DNA of 64,000 nt from an uncultured Nitrososphaerales archaeon (GCA_963695855.1 CAVOHZ010000006.1:32001-96000), one strand, 5' to 3'; positions 10,551 through 20,860 are shown, counted from the first letter of the stretch. Notes: a model not told the origin generated them from the letters alone. Numbers and translations: made by a program.

Positions 10551-10575
10551 GAGACTATTAAAGAGTATTATCTAG
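10048..10575 (+). CDS. sixA: SixA-like protein (copy 2) with the second conserved Arg lost
   Basis: LYILRHGE and VGHEPYL present; TSTISSSLETA replaces S-P-x-x-R-A-x-Q-T-A. Confidence 0.8.
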   Translation: MELYILRHGETSKKLYSSVDSNHSLTFSGKSEIEEIGNSIKKLRIKIDLILTSTISSSLETADIINNLFNKKIKILKCEDLQPEGNILNVYKIISEFDQMSSILIVGHEPYLSTMISDIISNSDDKNKTNNDIKSNSNIILKKAGLSKIRITSTVPTLQGELRWLLTPRLLKSII

Positions 10576-12164
10576 ATAATACCATAAAGAAAGTGACTTA
10601 TGGAAAACCTTCATTCCGTAAAGTATCAGTAATAGATTTGGGATATAATTCCCTAAAATTAGTTCATTATATTACATCCTCTAATAAATATTATAAAAAA
10701 TACTATGAGAAAACTATTAGGGTGAGACTTGGAGAAGGTCTAAACAAAACAGGACTACTTAGAACAGAGGCTATCAATAGAACTATTGAATCTCTAAAAT
10801 ATTTTCGTGATCTTATTAATTCTGAATCCATTGAATTTACAATACCATTTGCTACTAGCGCAGTACGTGAGGCGGAAAATAAGAAATTGTTCCTGAGAAA
10901 AGTAGAAGAAGAAACAGGATTTAAATTCAAATTATTATCAGCTAATGAAGAAGCTGCATATTCATATCTTGGTGCGTTGAACTCACTATGTGTTTCAAAT
11001 TGCTTGTTTTTTGATCTGGGCGGCGGAACGATAGAATTAGTAAGTTCTAGAGATTATAAAATTAGGAGAGTAATGTCCCTTCCCTTGGGAACATTGAAGC
11101 TAACCCAGAAATTTTTTTCAAACAATGAAGATAAAAATACAACCACTAGTAAAAAATCTAAAAAGATTTATAATATTTTAGGAGGACATATTATGAATCA
11201 ATTACCCAATCCACAAGAATTAGACATAAATAGTGAATCTACTGTACTAATAGGTGCTGGGGGTACTCTTAGAACGATTGCAAGATATGATCAATTGATG
11301 AAAGAATATCCAATCACAAGATTACATAACTACAAACTAAATTTTCGTGCTGTATCAACCATCAAAGATGATCTATCTAAAATGAATAAAGAAGAGTTAT
11401 CTAATATAGATGTAATAGGACCAAATAGGGCAGAAACAATCAAGACAGGATTAAATGTAATCTACTTCCTTATGTCAAAATTCGGTCTTAAGAATATTAT
11501 TGTTAGTACAAAAGGATTACGAGAAGGAATGGTCTTAAATTTTCTTGAATCCTATCATTTAGATAATAGAACTGATTTGGATAGATATCTACTAAATAAC
11601 TGTAACAACAAAGACAAATGCAATTCAAGCTTAGCAAAGAAATTCCTATCTAACGGAATTATAACAGAAAATGAATACACTATTATTAATCAATCAATAT
11701 TATATATGTGCAAGATTCTGGCTAATGATAATATTGGTCAATTTTATGTTCTCCTCAATGAGGATATCAAAAATCTGGATCATCATCAACATGTTATATT
11801 AGCATTATCCCTTCTGGCAATCAATAAGCCAAAAATAGCTCTTGAACTATCTGAAAATTACAGAAATCTATTATATTATTATTATGATAAAAAAATGATC
11901 AAAAACATTATCGAAAGAATATCAACCTTCTTACGATTTTTAAATTTTGTGAAAAATAACAAATTAATAATTGAAATCAAAGAATTTACAAAAATAACAA
12001 ACAAGCTTTTACTGGAAATCATAATACAAAGTGATAAAAATAAAGACATCATTTCCTTTCCAGAAATTTTATTTAAAGAGATAATATCAGATTTTAAGTC
12101 TTCATTTGATCTTTCGATACAATATACATTAATTGTCCAAGATAAAAAAAAGGAGTACAATTAG
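10536..12164 (+). CDS. ppx: Ppx/GppA-family exopolyphosphatase with divergent C-terminus
   Basis: VIDLGYNSLKL, ATSAVREAEN, EEAAYSYLG, DLGGGTIE, GAGGTLR, GLREG. Likely start is the in-frame GTG at 10593. Confidence 0.88.
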   Translation: MVTYTETIKEYYLDNTIKKVTYGKPSFRKVSVIDLGYNSLKLVHYITSSNKYYKKYYEKTIRVRLGEGLNKTGLLRTEAINRTIESLKYFRDLINSESIEFTIPFATSAVREAENKKLFLRKVEEETGFKFKLLSANEEAAYSYLGALNSLCVSNCLFFDLGGGTIELVSSRDYKIRRVMSLPLGTLKLTQKFFSNNEDKNTTTSKKSKKIYNILGGHIMNQLPNPQELDINSESTVLIGAGGTLRTIARYDQLMKEYPITRLHNYKLNFRAVSTIKDDLSKMNKEELSNIDVIGPNRAETIKTGLNVIYFLMSKFGLKNIIVSTKGLREGMVLNFLESYHLDNRTDLDRYLLNNCNNKDKCNSSLAKKFLSNGIITENEYTIINQSILYMCKILANDNIGQFYVLLNEDIKNLDHHQHVILALSLLAINKPKIALELSENYRNLLYYYYDKKMIKNIIERISTFLRFLNFVKNNKLIIEIKEFTKITNKLLLEIIIQSDKNKDIISFPEILFKEIISDFKSSFDLSIQYTLIVQDKKKEYN

Positions 12165-12167
12165 TAA

Positions 12168-12887
12168 ATGACACAGGTAAAGATAAAAGGATCTAGTAAT
12201 ACAATAACTAATACGACAACTAAAAAAAATAAGGACAATTTAAAAGGTAAATTAATTATAGTTGAAGGAATTGATGGATCAGGAAAATCGACACAAATTC
12301 ATCTTCTTGATAAATGGCTTAAATTTAAGAATCTACAATCTTTTTTATCAGAGTGGAATTCATCTGAAATTGTAAAAAATGTAACCTCTAGAGGTAAGAA
12401 AAAAGAACAACTTACACCTACAACATTTTCGTTGCTGCACTCAACTGATTTTGCAGATCGGTACGAAAGGAATATTTTTCCGTTATTAAGGGCTGGTTAC
12501 ATAGTGTTGGCAGATAGATATATCTATACAGCATATGCACGAGATATAGTAAGGGGATGTGATCCACAATGGGTCAAAAAAGTATATGATTTTGCTTTAA
12601 AACCTGATATCACATTTTATTTCAGAGTTCCGGTGGATATAGCTGCAGGACGAATATTATCTGGAAGACCCAAGTTGAAATATTACGAGGCGGGAATGGA
12701 TCAAAATTTAAGTAATGATATTTATGAAAGTTATCGTATTTTTCAAAGTAGAATAATAGAACAATATGACAAAATGGTAATACCTGAAAATTTCGCTGTT
12801 ATAGATGGAACACTAAATATAGAAGAACAACAAAATATGGTTAGAGAAAAATTTAACAATACTATTCCTGCAGAGATGTTAAAATGA
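12168..12887 (+). CDS. Thymidylate-kinase-like protein with intact P-loop; candidate catalytic subunit of an archaeal heteromeric polyphosphate kinase (PPK3-like)
   Basis: VEGIDGSGKSTQ, LADRYIYTAYARD, LKYYEAGMD; directly follows ppx. Confidence 0.75.
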   Translation: MTQVKIKGSSNTITNTTTKKNKDNLKGKLIIVEGIDGSGKSTQIHLLDKWLKFKNLQSFLSEWNSSEIVKNVTSRGKKKEQLTPTTFSLLHSTDFADRYERNIFPLLRAGYIVLADRYIYTAYARDIVRGCDPQWVKKVYDFALKPDITFYFRVPVDIAAGRILSGRPKLKYYEAGMDQNLSNDIYESYRIFQSRIIEQYDKMVIPENFAVIDGTLNIEEQQNMVREKFNNTIPAEMLK

Positions 12888-13663
12888 GTAATTCAAATAA
12901 GGTGAAGAAAATGGAAAAATCTAATATTATTAAATATTATGGTCATGGAATTCCTTATTTGAAAAATATAGAATTAAAAGGTAAGTTGATCGTATTAGAA
13001 GGACCAGATTCATCAGGAAGAAGTACACAAATCTCATTATTGGATAATTACCTTGAAGCAAATGGTCATGCAGTTCTTAATTCAGGCCTTAGAAGATCTG
13101 AACTGATAAGTGATGGAATACTGGAGGCAAAAGAAAGACATTTATTAAGAAAAAGGACCATGAGTTTATTTTATGCTGCAGATTTTGCAGACCAGCTCGA
13201 GAATAAAATAATCCCAGCTTTGAGAGCAGGATATATAGTATTAGCAGATAGGTATATCTATACACTTATGGCTAGGGATGCTGTAAGAAACATTAATAGA
13301 ATATGGTCATCTAATTTATATGGTTTTGCAATTAAACCCGATCTTGTTTTTTATTTAGATGTAGACCCAAAGGAACTTATACGAAGGGCTTTTCAAAAAT
13401 CTACAGAGGAACTCTTGAAAGGAATTTTTGATAAAGATAATTTTCTTGATTACTATGAATCTGGAGAAGATATGGGTTTTTCGGATGATCTCTTAGAATC
13501 TTTTATTCTCTATCAAAAGAAAATGAAGCGAGAATTTATTAGAATACAAAACAAATATGGAATTATTAAAGTTAATGGAAATCGAACAGTAGAAGAAGTG
13601 CATAACGAGTTAAAACAAAAAATAGATCAATTTTTAAAAGTTCCATTCAATACATCAAAATAA
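12884..13663 (+). CDS. Second thymidylate-kinase-like protein with degenerate P-loop; candidate regulatory PPK3 subunit
   Basis: YYGHGIPY N-terminal motif, LEGPDSSGRSTQ (Walker A Lys replaced by Arg), LADRYIYTLMARD, LDYYESGED; ATGA overlap with the upstream paralog. Confidence 0.75.
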   Translation: MSNSNKVKKMEKSNIIKYYGHGIPYLKNIELKGKLIVLEGPDSSGRSTQISLLDNYLEANGHAVLNSGLRRSELISDGILEAKERHLLRKRTMSLFYAADFADQLENKIIPALRAGYIVLADRYIYTLMARDAVRNINRIWSSNLYGFAIKPDLVFYLDVDPKELIRRAFQKSTEELLKGIFDKDNFLDYYESGEDMGFSDDLLESFILYQKKMKREFIRIQNKYGIIKVNGNRTVEEVHNELKQKIDQFLKVPFNTSK

Positions 13664-13715
13664 ATTAAATTAAATTATCTGTGAAAAAACTATTTCATTG
13701 TTGAATTAAGCGCAT

Positions 13716-14156
13716 CTATAGTATAATCATATAGATTATTACATGTTTCGCAATTAATTTTGCCGTCTGATCTGTTATTTTTGTACAAGAAATTCTATCT
13801 TGCAGCTGAAGGCCCAGAACCGTTTTCATAAAAACAAGAAAAGTATTCTTTTTTATCCCAAAATTAGAAAATAACTTAATATTCTGTTTATTGAACTGTT
13901 TTATACCATTTTTTGTTGTATCACTCCAATGAAATTGCATTAATTCTGTGTTTATAGACCCTGCAATATGTCCCAAAACATATCTCTCATCTTGCAACAT
14001 TCTTAATTTTTCTGAAATCTTGAAACTATTTTTTGATAAGCTAATACCTTTGTTGTAAGAATCAATGGCATCTATAAAAGATTTTTCTGCAAGACGTACC
14101 ATGTCATCTAATATCTTATTTATCCTATCAATACCTGAATCTAAGAGCCTTGTCAT
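13716..14156 (-). pseudogene. phoU: Decayed PhoU-family phosphate uptake regulator
   Basis: N-terminal ~57 aa (MTRLLDSGIDRINKILDDMVRLAEKSFIDAIDSY...SEKLRMLQDE) fit archaeal PhoU; the RYQP-x-ASDLR and LERI-x-DH motifs are absent; lies downstream of pstB. Confidence 0.6.
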
Positions 14157-14293
14157 CTTATTTCAAACTTTTATTGACTAGATACTAAATGTTTTCTCGT
14201 AAGTATAAAATAATTGATAAACGTAACTGGTCGAACTAATAATGTAAATCATATTGTTCCGTTGTTCTATATAATATAATGACGCTTAAATTA

Positions 14294-15148
14294 TTATCCA
14301 AATTTTCCACATATATATTTTTCAGTCATTTCTTCCCTAGGGTTTTCGAAAATTTGTTTTGTATCTCCAAATTCAATTAATTCGCCTAAAAACATAAAAG
14401 CAGTGTAATCTGATACCCTCGCAGCCTGTTGCATGTTATGTGTAACTATTACTATAGTCAAATATTTTTTTAGTTCATGAACTAAATCTTCTATCTTGGA
14501 TGATGCTATTGGATCCAATGCTGAAGTAGGTTCGTCCATTAGTAATACTTCGGGGTGCATGGCTAGAGCTCGTGCAATACAAAGTCTTTGTTGTTGACCT
14601 CCCGACAAACTCATTCCGGGTTTATTTAATTCATTCTTTACCTCTTCCCATAATGCAGCATTTTCAAGACTCTCTTTCACTATTTGTGAAATCAACTTCT
14701 TATCTCTTACCCCATTTAGTTTTAAGCCTGATGCAACATTGTCAAAAATAGTCATCGTAGGAAAGGGATTTGGTTTTTGAAATACCATTCCTATTCTTCT
14801 CTTTATAATAACCGGATTGATCTTTGGATCGTAAATATTAATATTATCTAAATTTACTTCACCCTTAACAAAAGCCCCGTTCGTCATTTCATGCATTCTG
14901 TTAAGACATCTTATTAATGTCGTTTTACCACATCCGGAAGGACCAATGAACGCCGTTACCTTTTTTTCTTTCATATTTAGATTGATTTTTTTTAAAATTT
15001 GTTTTTTATGAAATCCTGCATTTAATTCTCTTACGTTTAGTTTTGCAGAAGTTTCAGGAAACCTGGTTTCGGTAATGTCAATAGGTTTCTCGATTTTCAG
15101 TGAAGGTTCCGGTTTATTATCTGTGTCAGTCTTCGTTGTCGTCTTTGA
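14294..15148 (-). CDS. pstB: Phosphate ABC transporter ATPase PstB (start anomalous)
   Basis: [66 protein letters not shown]. Frame is open up to 15148 but the first canonical start is ATG at 14974. Confidence 0.88.
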   Translation of the reverse strand, partial: SKTTTKTDTDNKPEPSLKIEKPIDITETRFPETSAKLNVRELNAGFHKKQILKKINLNMKEKKVTAFIGPSGCGKTTLIRCLNRMHEMTNGAFVKGEVNLDNINIYDPKINPVIIKRRIGMVFQKPNPFPTMTIFDNVASGLKLNGVRDKKLISQIVKESLENAALWEEVKNELNKPGMSLSGGQQQRLCIARALAMHPEVLLMDEPTSALDPIASSKIEDLVHELKKYLTIVIVTHNMQQAARVSDYTAFMFLGELIEFGDTKQIFENPREEMTEKYICGKFG

Positions 15149-15289
15149 TCAATTTATAAATGTCAGATAATGACAAATAAACAGTTTCTCTATAGTTTTC
15201 GTAGTAATAAATAGACCTATGTTTATTGGATCGATCGATTATCGAGTGCGTTCAATAACAAAAATACAAAATTGATTAATTCTATTCTA

Positions 15290-15451
15290 TTAGAAACCAC
15301 TTAAATTATTCTCAATTGGTAGACTCATATCGTTCCCCCATTCATTCCATGATCCAAGATATAATTTCGGCTTTTTAAACCCAAGTTCGCTTAATATAAC
15401 AAATGTATTTGCTGCTCTATATCCGCCCTGACAATATGTAACTGTCCACAT
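15290..15451 (-). pseudogene. C-terminal fragment of a rhodanese/thiosulfate sulfurtransferase (not in the ORF track)
   Basis: Translates MWTVTYCQGGYRAANTFVILSELGFKKPKLYLGSWNEWGNDMSLPIENNLSGF: active-site loop YCQGGYRAA and signature Y-x-GSW-x-EW. Confidence 0.8.
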
Positions 15452-15710
15452 ATCATGATTATTACTTTTTTACAAATTCTTAACTTATTTCTTGAAATAT
15501 TGGAATTCATTCGAGCGTGTGAGAACAAGGAAAATCTCGTTAGAAGATTATATAATTTGGGAGGCGAATTTAAATATGAATATTGTTTAGTAATAATTTC
15601 TATCTTTTTTTAAATTTAACTATAATTAACCACGGACCCCATACCGATTTTTGTATGAGATCCATGTCTTACAAAATATAATTCCAAATACAGTTTTATC
15701 AATTATACCA

Positions 15711-16343
15711 TTACTTTTTCATTTGCTTATTCTGCTTATTCTTCTGCTTCTCTTCTTTTTTCATTTGCTTATTCTTCTGCTTCTCTTCTTTTTTCATTTG
15801 CTTATTCTTCTGCTTCTCTTCTTTTTTCATTTGCTTATTCTTCTGCTTCTCTTCTTTTTTCATTTGCTTATTCTTCTGCTTCTCTTCTTTTTTCATTTGC
15901 TTATTCTTCTGCTTCTCTTCTTTTTTCATTTGCTTATTCTTCTGCTTCTCTTCTTTTTTCATTTGCTTATTCTTCTTTTCATCTTGCTTTTTATTGTTGT
16001 TTTTTGATACATTTATTGTATCTATATTACTACCAATCTTTTTTACCTCAGATTGTAGCCTGGATATTTGAGATTTGATCTGTCCCAGTGATTCCAATTC
16101 CTTTGTGTAGCTAGGATTCTTAGTTAATTTAACGGCATTTTTTACATCGCCCAAAATTTTCTCTAATTTTGAATAATGATCATTTTCCTGCTCTAATTTT
16201 TTTAGAATTGTTTTCTGTATATTAGTATTAATTTTCAGCTGATCTTGCATATTTTTCAGGTCAAGAATTTCTTCAAAATCTCTAGGTGTTTCCTTTGTCG
16301 TATTTTCTACCACAGGTAAATTTAGATTCTTTATATTTGACAT
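15711..16343 (-). CDS. Coiled-coil protein with a Lys/Glu/Gln-rich tandem-repeat tail
   Basis: 210-aa ORF; a paralogous remnant at 7522-7642 shows mostly synonymous changes in this frame. Confidence 0.7.
   Translation of the reverse strand: MSNIKNLNLPVVENTTKETPRDFEEILDLKNMQDQLKINTNIQKTILKKLEQENDHYSKLEKILGDVKNAVKLTKNPSYTKELESLGQIKSQISRLQSEVKKIGSNIDTINVSKNNNKKQDEKKNKQMKKEEKQKNKQMKKEEKQKNKQMKKEEKQKNKQMKKEEKQKNKQMKKEEKQKNKQMKKEEKQKNKQMKKEEKQKNKQNKQMKK
15733..15975. repeat. 33-bp tandem repeat, 7 copies plus a partial copy (encodes KNKQMKKEEKQ)
   Basis: Unit tttttcatttgcttattcttctgcttctcttct repeated without spacers. Confidence 0.95.
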
Positions 16344-17987
16344 TGTATTTTATTTAAATCACTATTATATATTTATTATACTACTATATACAGCATATAG
16401 ATTCCTTAATGACTCTGTTGATCCGATATATTATGCATGGTCAATATTTTAGATATATTTTCAGTTGGATAATAGTCAGCGTACATTACTAAAATAAGTG
16501 ACCTTAACTACAGATTCTAATATCAATGACCAATATTCCAATGTATCCTAGGTTTGTCATCTTTTTTTTGAGTCTGGTCGTAGTACTTCATTCTTTTTCT
16601 ATAAAAAATCGTGTAATAGAGATACGAATAGAAATATAATAACTAAAATAAACGATATAGATTATTAGATGATGATTTTTCAATTAAAAATATACGGTAA
16701 ATTCCTGCGATACCAATATGACTTCTATGATTATGAGCAGGCACGTGAGATTAAAGGTTGAAAATCGCTATTGATATTCCAACACATCTTAAAGAGAACA
16801 ATGATCGACTTATTACAATTGAAGATGGAATAATAAAGAGTATTTGGAAGGAACTGTATGAAGATAGTGTTTCATTTCATATAAAGAAATTTCCCTCCAT
16901 GTCTGATCGGACAATCAGAATGATATCCAGATAATAAAAATGGTATCTGACTATAGAGAAAATTGACGGGTTTTAAATGATTGCAATCACAAGACCAATT
17001 TATAGAATGTTGCGAAAGAAAGAGAACACGCATGTACAGATTCTACACATGGTGTGCGAAGAGAAAGGTTGTTGGATTTATAGGCAAAAGTCACATAACA
17101 CTACTGGGAGCCGAAAAGATATTTACAGCATTAGAAGTGTAGTGAGATAGGACAAATACCGTTGGACTATCTATTTAGATGAATATACTAGCAAGTATTT
17201 CCTATTGTAAATAAAGATAAACAACTTGAGCTAATTACAATTACCATAGACTTACAAATTGGCACCTCCCTAACAACAAGTCGTTCATTTCCGGAAAGAA
17301 GAAAGTGACATTTTTTTGGCTCTTTCTACTCCGGAATTATTGAAAATTCTGATTTTATATTCTAAATATCGATAAAGGATGTAATAGATTAATTATTTAA
17401 CAAAAGGAGAAATAAAGAAAGGTATAGATTTCTTCTGTAATCAGATGATGTATGGTTTTACTAGAAAAGAACAAATCCATACTTTAAGAAATTTTGATGC
17501 ATGATTGGATAATTTTCTAAGGTATTTTCAACGTAGGATTTGATGTATTCTGTAAAAAAAAATAGAATAAAACACATCTCGGATCGAACTAGAAAACATA
17601 GTTTTCAAAAAGATAGAAAGAGTATGTCATACTATAATGCGGCAACACTACAATCTAAAAACATAAAAGTTTATCAATAGTTTTTTTATGTTATACTTTT
17701 GTAATTAAACCATTTGACAAAAATAGGTGTAAAGTAGACGTAAGACTATAATGTCATAAAACATTTTTTATTGTATACTTTATTACAAGCTTGAAACTCA
17801 GGGATCAATTGCAAATTAAGGGGTCAATAAAATCTATCAGAATTATTTCTTGCATTTTTTTGGATTATTATCTAGATCTTAAATTTGAGATTCAAATTTT
17901 ATTGAATTTAATTATTTGCTCCTTACGTTTTTTTCAGATAGGATAAAGGTTTAAGAATTATTATAAATTAAGATAATTTGTCCACAA

Positions 17988-18488
17988 ATGAAAAAACTTT
18001 TACTTGTACGTCATGGCAAATCCAGCTGGGATAATCCTGATACTGCAGATCATGAAAGACCGCTTACCAATCGAGGAAAAGAAGGTGCATCTATTATAGG
18101 CAAATTTTTAAAAAAAGAAAATCTTATTCCTGATCTAATTATTAGTTCCACTGCAAAAAGAGCAAATAAGACTGCAGATATAATTGGTAAAAAATCTGGT
18201 TATAACAAAAAGATTCTTGAATCAGAAGCATTGTATAGTGGTTCTTCAGAAGATTATACAAACATCATTCATGAAATCGCTGATAAAAATAAGACAGTCC
18301 TGTTAGTTGGACATAATCCTGTGATAGAAGATGTAGTAGAAAGAATTACTGCCGAAAAACGGCTCATGAAAACATGTTCCTTAGCACATATTGATTTGTC
18401 AATCGATTCTTGGAAAAATTTTCATTATAGAAAAAAATATAAACTCGTTGATTTGATCAATGTGAGAGAATTAGATATAGATGGATGA
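17988..18488 (+). CDS. SixA-like histidine phosphatase (copy 3, different subtype)
   Basis: LLLVRHGKSSW, DHERPLT.RG, SSTAKRANKTA, LVGHNP. Confidence 0.88.
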   Translation: MKKLLLVRHGKSSWDNPDTADHERPLTNRGKEGASIIGKFLKKENLIPDLIISSTAKRANKTADIIGKKSGYNKKILESEALYSGSSEDYTNIIHEIADKNKTVLLVGHNPVIEDVVERITAEKRLMKTCSLAHIDLSIDSWKNFHYRKKYKLVDLINVRELDIDG

Positions 18489-19131
18489 TAAGGTTCAAGT
18501 TTCTGCAATCATGAGATATGGATTGAAAATGTCTTTTTATTTGGATGATTATTCTAGCAGATATTTAATCTCTTTTTGAATCAACACATCACCATCTTGT
18601 TAAGATGTTATCATCACTAAAGCCCCTTATCTTTTTACTATTCAATTAGATATCAATTCGGCATTCGATGTTTACTATTATATTCAATTCGATAATTTTA
18701 TTAAATTTATATCATAGACAAAAATTTTATAAAAAAATTTAGTAAATCATTTTACGTATTAGAAAACCAAATTCTTATATCTCTTTCTCTGCATATTATT
18801 TGCAGGTAATGAGAAATCATTACCAGATGATATACGATGGAGGAAACTCGGTCGTATATCTTCGTTTATGTTATGAAACATATATTTGGATTTTATAATG
18901 ATTTTTATTTAATTTAGAGTATTTTGTATTTGTAATATCCATCTCAAAATTTATGTTTAGGAATGATTCGTTTCTGTTATCGGTATCGATATATTCTATT
19001 GCAATATTAAAGATGCGTTTTCCTTGTATGGTTATATATTTCTAGTTATTTTCAACCAAATCACCTCAATCATTTCGATCGTTTGTCCTTACGCATTTAT
19101 GCATAAGCTTACTCCACCTATAATCAGCAGC

Positions 19132-20266
19132 TATACCACTTAGCATATGTTAGCTGACACCATCAACCAGATAGTTTCTCATATCAAGATGAAATCTTTT
19201 TGTTCTAAAATATAATGATATTTTATTTTTAAAATCAGTAAATGACGAATAATATTGTAGAACAAGCAGATCGTTTTTGGCTATATGCCATATCTGTTCC
19301 AGTACCATAAATTCAGGAGATGCTGTTGGAAGATAAACTGGAATCAAACTATCTCTATTGTCACCAAAATATTTCAGTACCTTTTTCGATCTGTAATGTT
19401 GTTTTGCCTTATCTAGGAACAAGTAACATTTTGGAAATTTTCTATGTATCTGTTTTAGGTAATCTAAAAAGGTATTTTCATCAAACCAGTCATACTGCCT
19501 GAATAACTGATTTCCTTCTAAACTTGTAGCACCAAATAAGACGGATTCCTGATGGGACCCTGTAATTCTTACAACTGGTCTTTCATACTTGCTTATCCAT
19601 ACTTTCCTGACGAGTGAATCATAGAAGAAAAATGATTCATCTGTAGATACTACCGTGAATCCTTCGTCGTGGAGAGTATCCAGAATCGTTCTGGCTGTTT
19701 TTTAAAATTTTCTTTCTCTTCTTTTGATGCTGTATTAACATATATCTTTCTTGGTACCTTCTGCTTGAATCCCCACTTGTGCATGAGTCTGTATATGTGG
19801 GTGTAATGGTATCTTATTCCACCACTCTTTTTCACAATCAGATCTTCTACCTGTTTTGTAGTCCAACCTTGTTTGCTGGATGATAATTCCTTTATTATTT
19901 CATATATTGTATCTTCTGATAGATCTGGATGTCTTCCACTCTTTGTTCTGTTTTTTAATCCTTCTATTCCTTCTTCTCTGTATCTCTTTAACCAGTCAGA
20001 TGCCCATGTCTTGCTTCTGTGAAGATCTCTTGCTACCTGTGCAGGAACCTGTTTATCATATACTACATTTAAAATGAGTAGCATTCTTTCCTTTACATTA
20101 GTATCGTGTTCAGATCTGTATAGTCTTTCAAATCTTGTTTTTGATATTTCTGTAGTAATCAATAAGATGTATCATGTTAATAATAATAGTAGCTAATAGC
20201 TATTCTGCTCTAAAATGTATGATACAATAGTAAAATAAAGTCAGTATACTTATGCTAATTGGTATA
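19132..20266 (-). mobile_element. IS630-family insertion sequence, apparently intact
   Basis: Terminal inverted repeats tataccacttagcata (19132-19147) and tatgctaattggtata (20251-20266), one mismatch, with TA ends. Confidence 0.9.
19150..20162 (-). CDS. IS630 transposase split across two frames and joined by a -1 shift at TTTTAAAAAA (about 19698-19707)
   Basis: orfA has an HTH (VARDLHRSKTWASDWLKRY...KSGR) and KVPRK. The -1 frame continues VVSTDESFF...FLDKAKQH...YLPTASPEFMVLEQIW with no stop to 19150. Confidence 0.85.
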
Positions 20267-20563
20267 GAATATCAATCATTAATGATACAGGGAAATGGTT
20301 AATAGAAGTTCAAGATAAGGTACATCTAAAACTAAAAAAGTAAATCGAGACCTTGACCGGCAAAACCCTCGCATAGCTAATAGAAATTATAAATACCCTA
20401 AGATAACGTGATCATCATACCGAGAAGATAATTAAGGTTGTTGAAATATTGATTATAAACATTATATGTTTCTAGTAGTTATCACAATTCTTTTCACAGC
20501 GTCAATGGACACTCAAACCAAACCAAATTATTTGTGTGTTGTTTATATATTAAAAATTTCATA

Positions 20564-20860
20564 TCACCTACGTACCATTTTTTTCTTCACATTATAATAT
20601 GATTCAATATTTCTTTCCATATAGTTGGAAATAAAATATAAAACTCCATACTTATCACCTATTTTAGTTATCAAATTATTTTTTTCTAAAACATGAATAT
20701 GATGTTGAATAGTTTTATAATCTAATCTTAATTCTTCGGAGATTTTATTGATATTTAAGGGTTTTTCTATTAATATGTCAAGGATTCTAATACGATTGTC
20801 ACCTCCTCTTGTTCCAGCAAAAAGAAACCATAACAATCGTATTACATCCGGATCAGACAT
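20564..20860 (-). CDS. ArsR-like winged-helix transcription regulator
   Basis: LLWFLFAGTRGGDNRIRIL...PLNINKISEELRLDYKTIQHHIHVLEKNNLI...YGVLYF. Confidence 0.8.
   Translation of the reverse strand: MSDPDVIRLLWFLFAGTRGGDNRIRILDILIEKPLNINKISEELRLDYKTIQHHIHVLEKNNLITKIGDKYGVLYFISNYMERNIESYYNVKKKMVRR

Noticed and set aside
15733-15975. 33-bp repeat array as a CRISPR
   Set aside because: No spacers; in-frame coding tandem repeat; no cas genes
15651-16007. Leu/Phe-rich + strand ORF
   Set aside because: Antisense shadow of the repeat; the paralog's synonymous changes support the minus frame
4537-16392. CTATATA-like motif upstream of several phosphate-region genes as a Pho box
   Set aside because: The same word occurs at unrelated sites (e.g. 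near 39430, 55405, 57660, 62664) in a very AT-rich genome, and spacing is inconsistent
18500-19080. Possible decayed CHAD-domain gene on the minus strand
   Set aside because: Expected from context, but the translation gives only vague resemblance and no convincing motif
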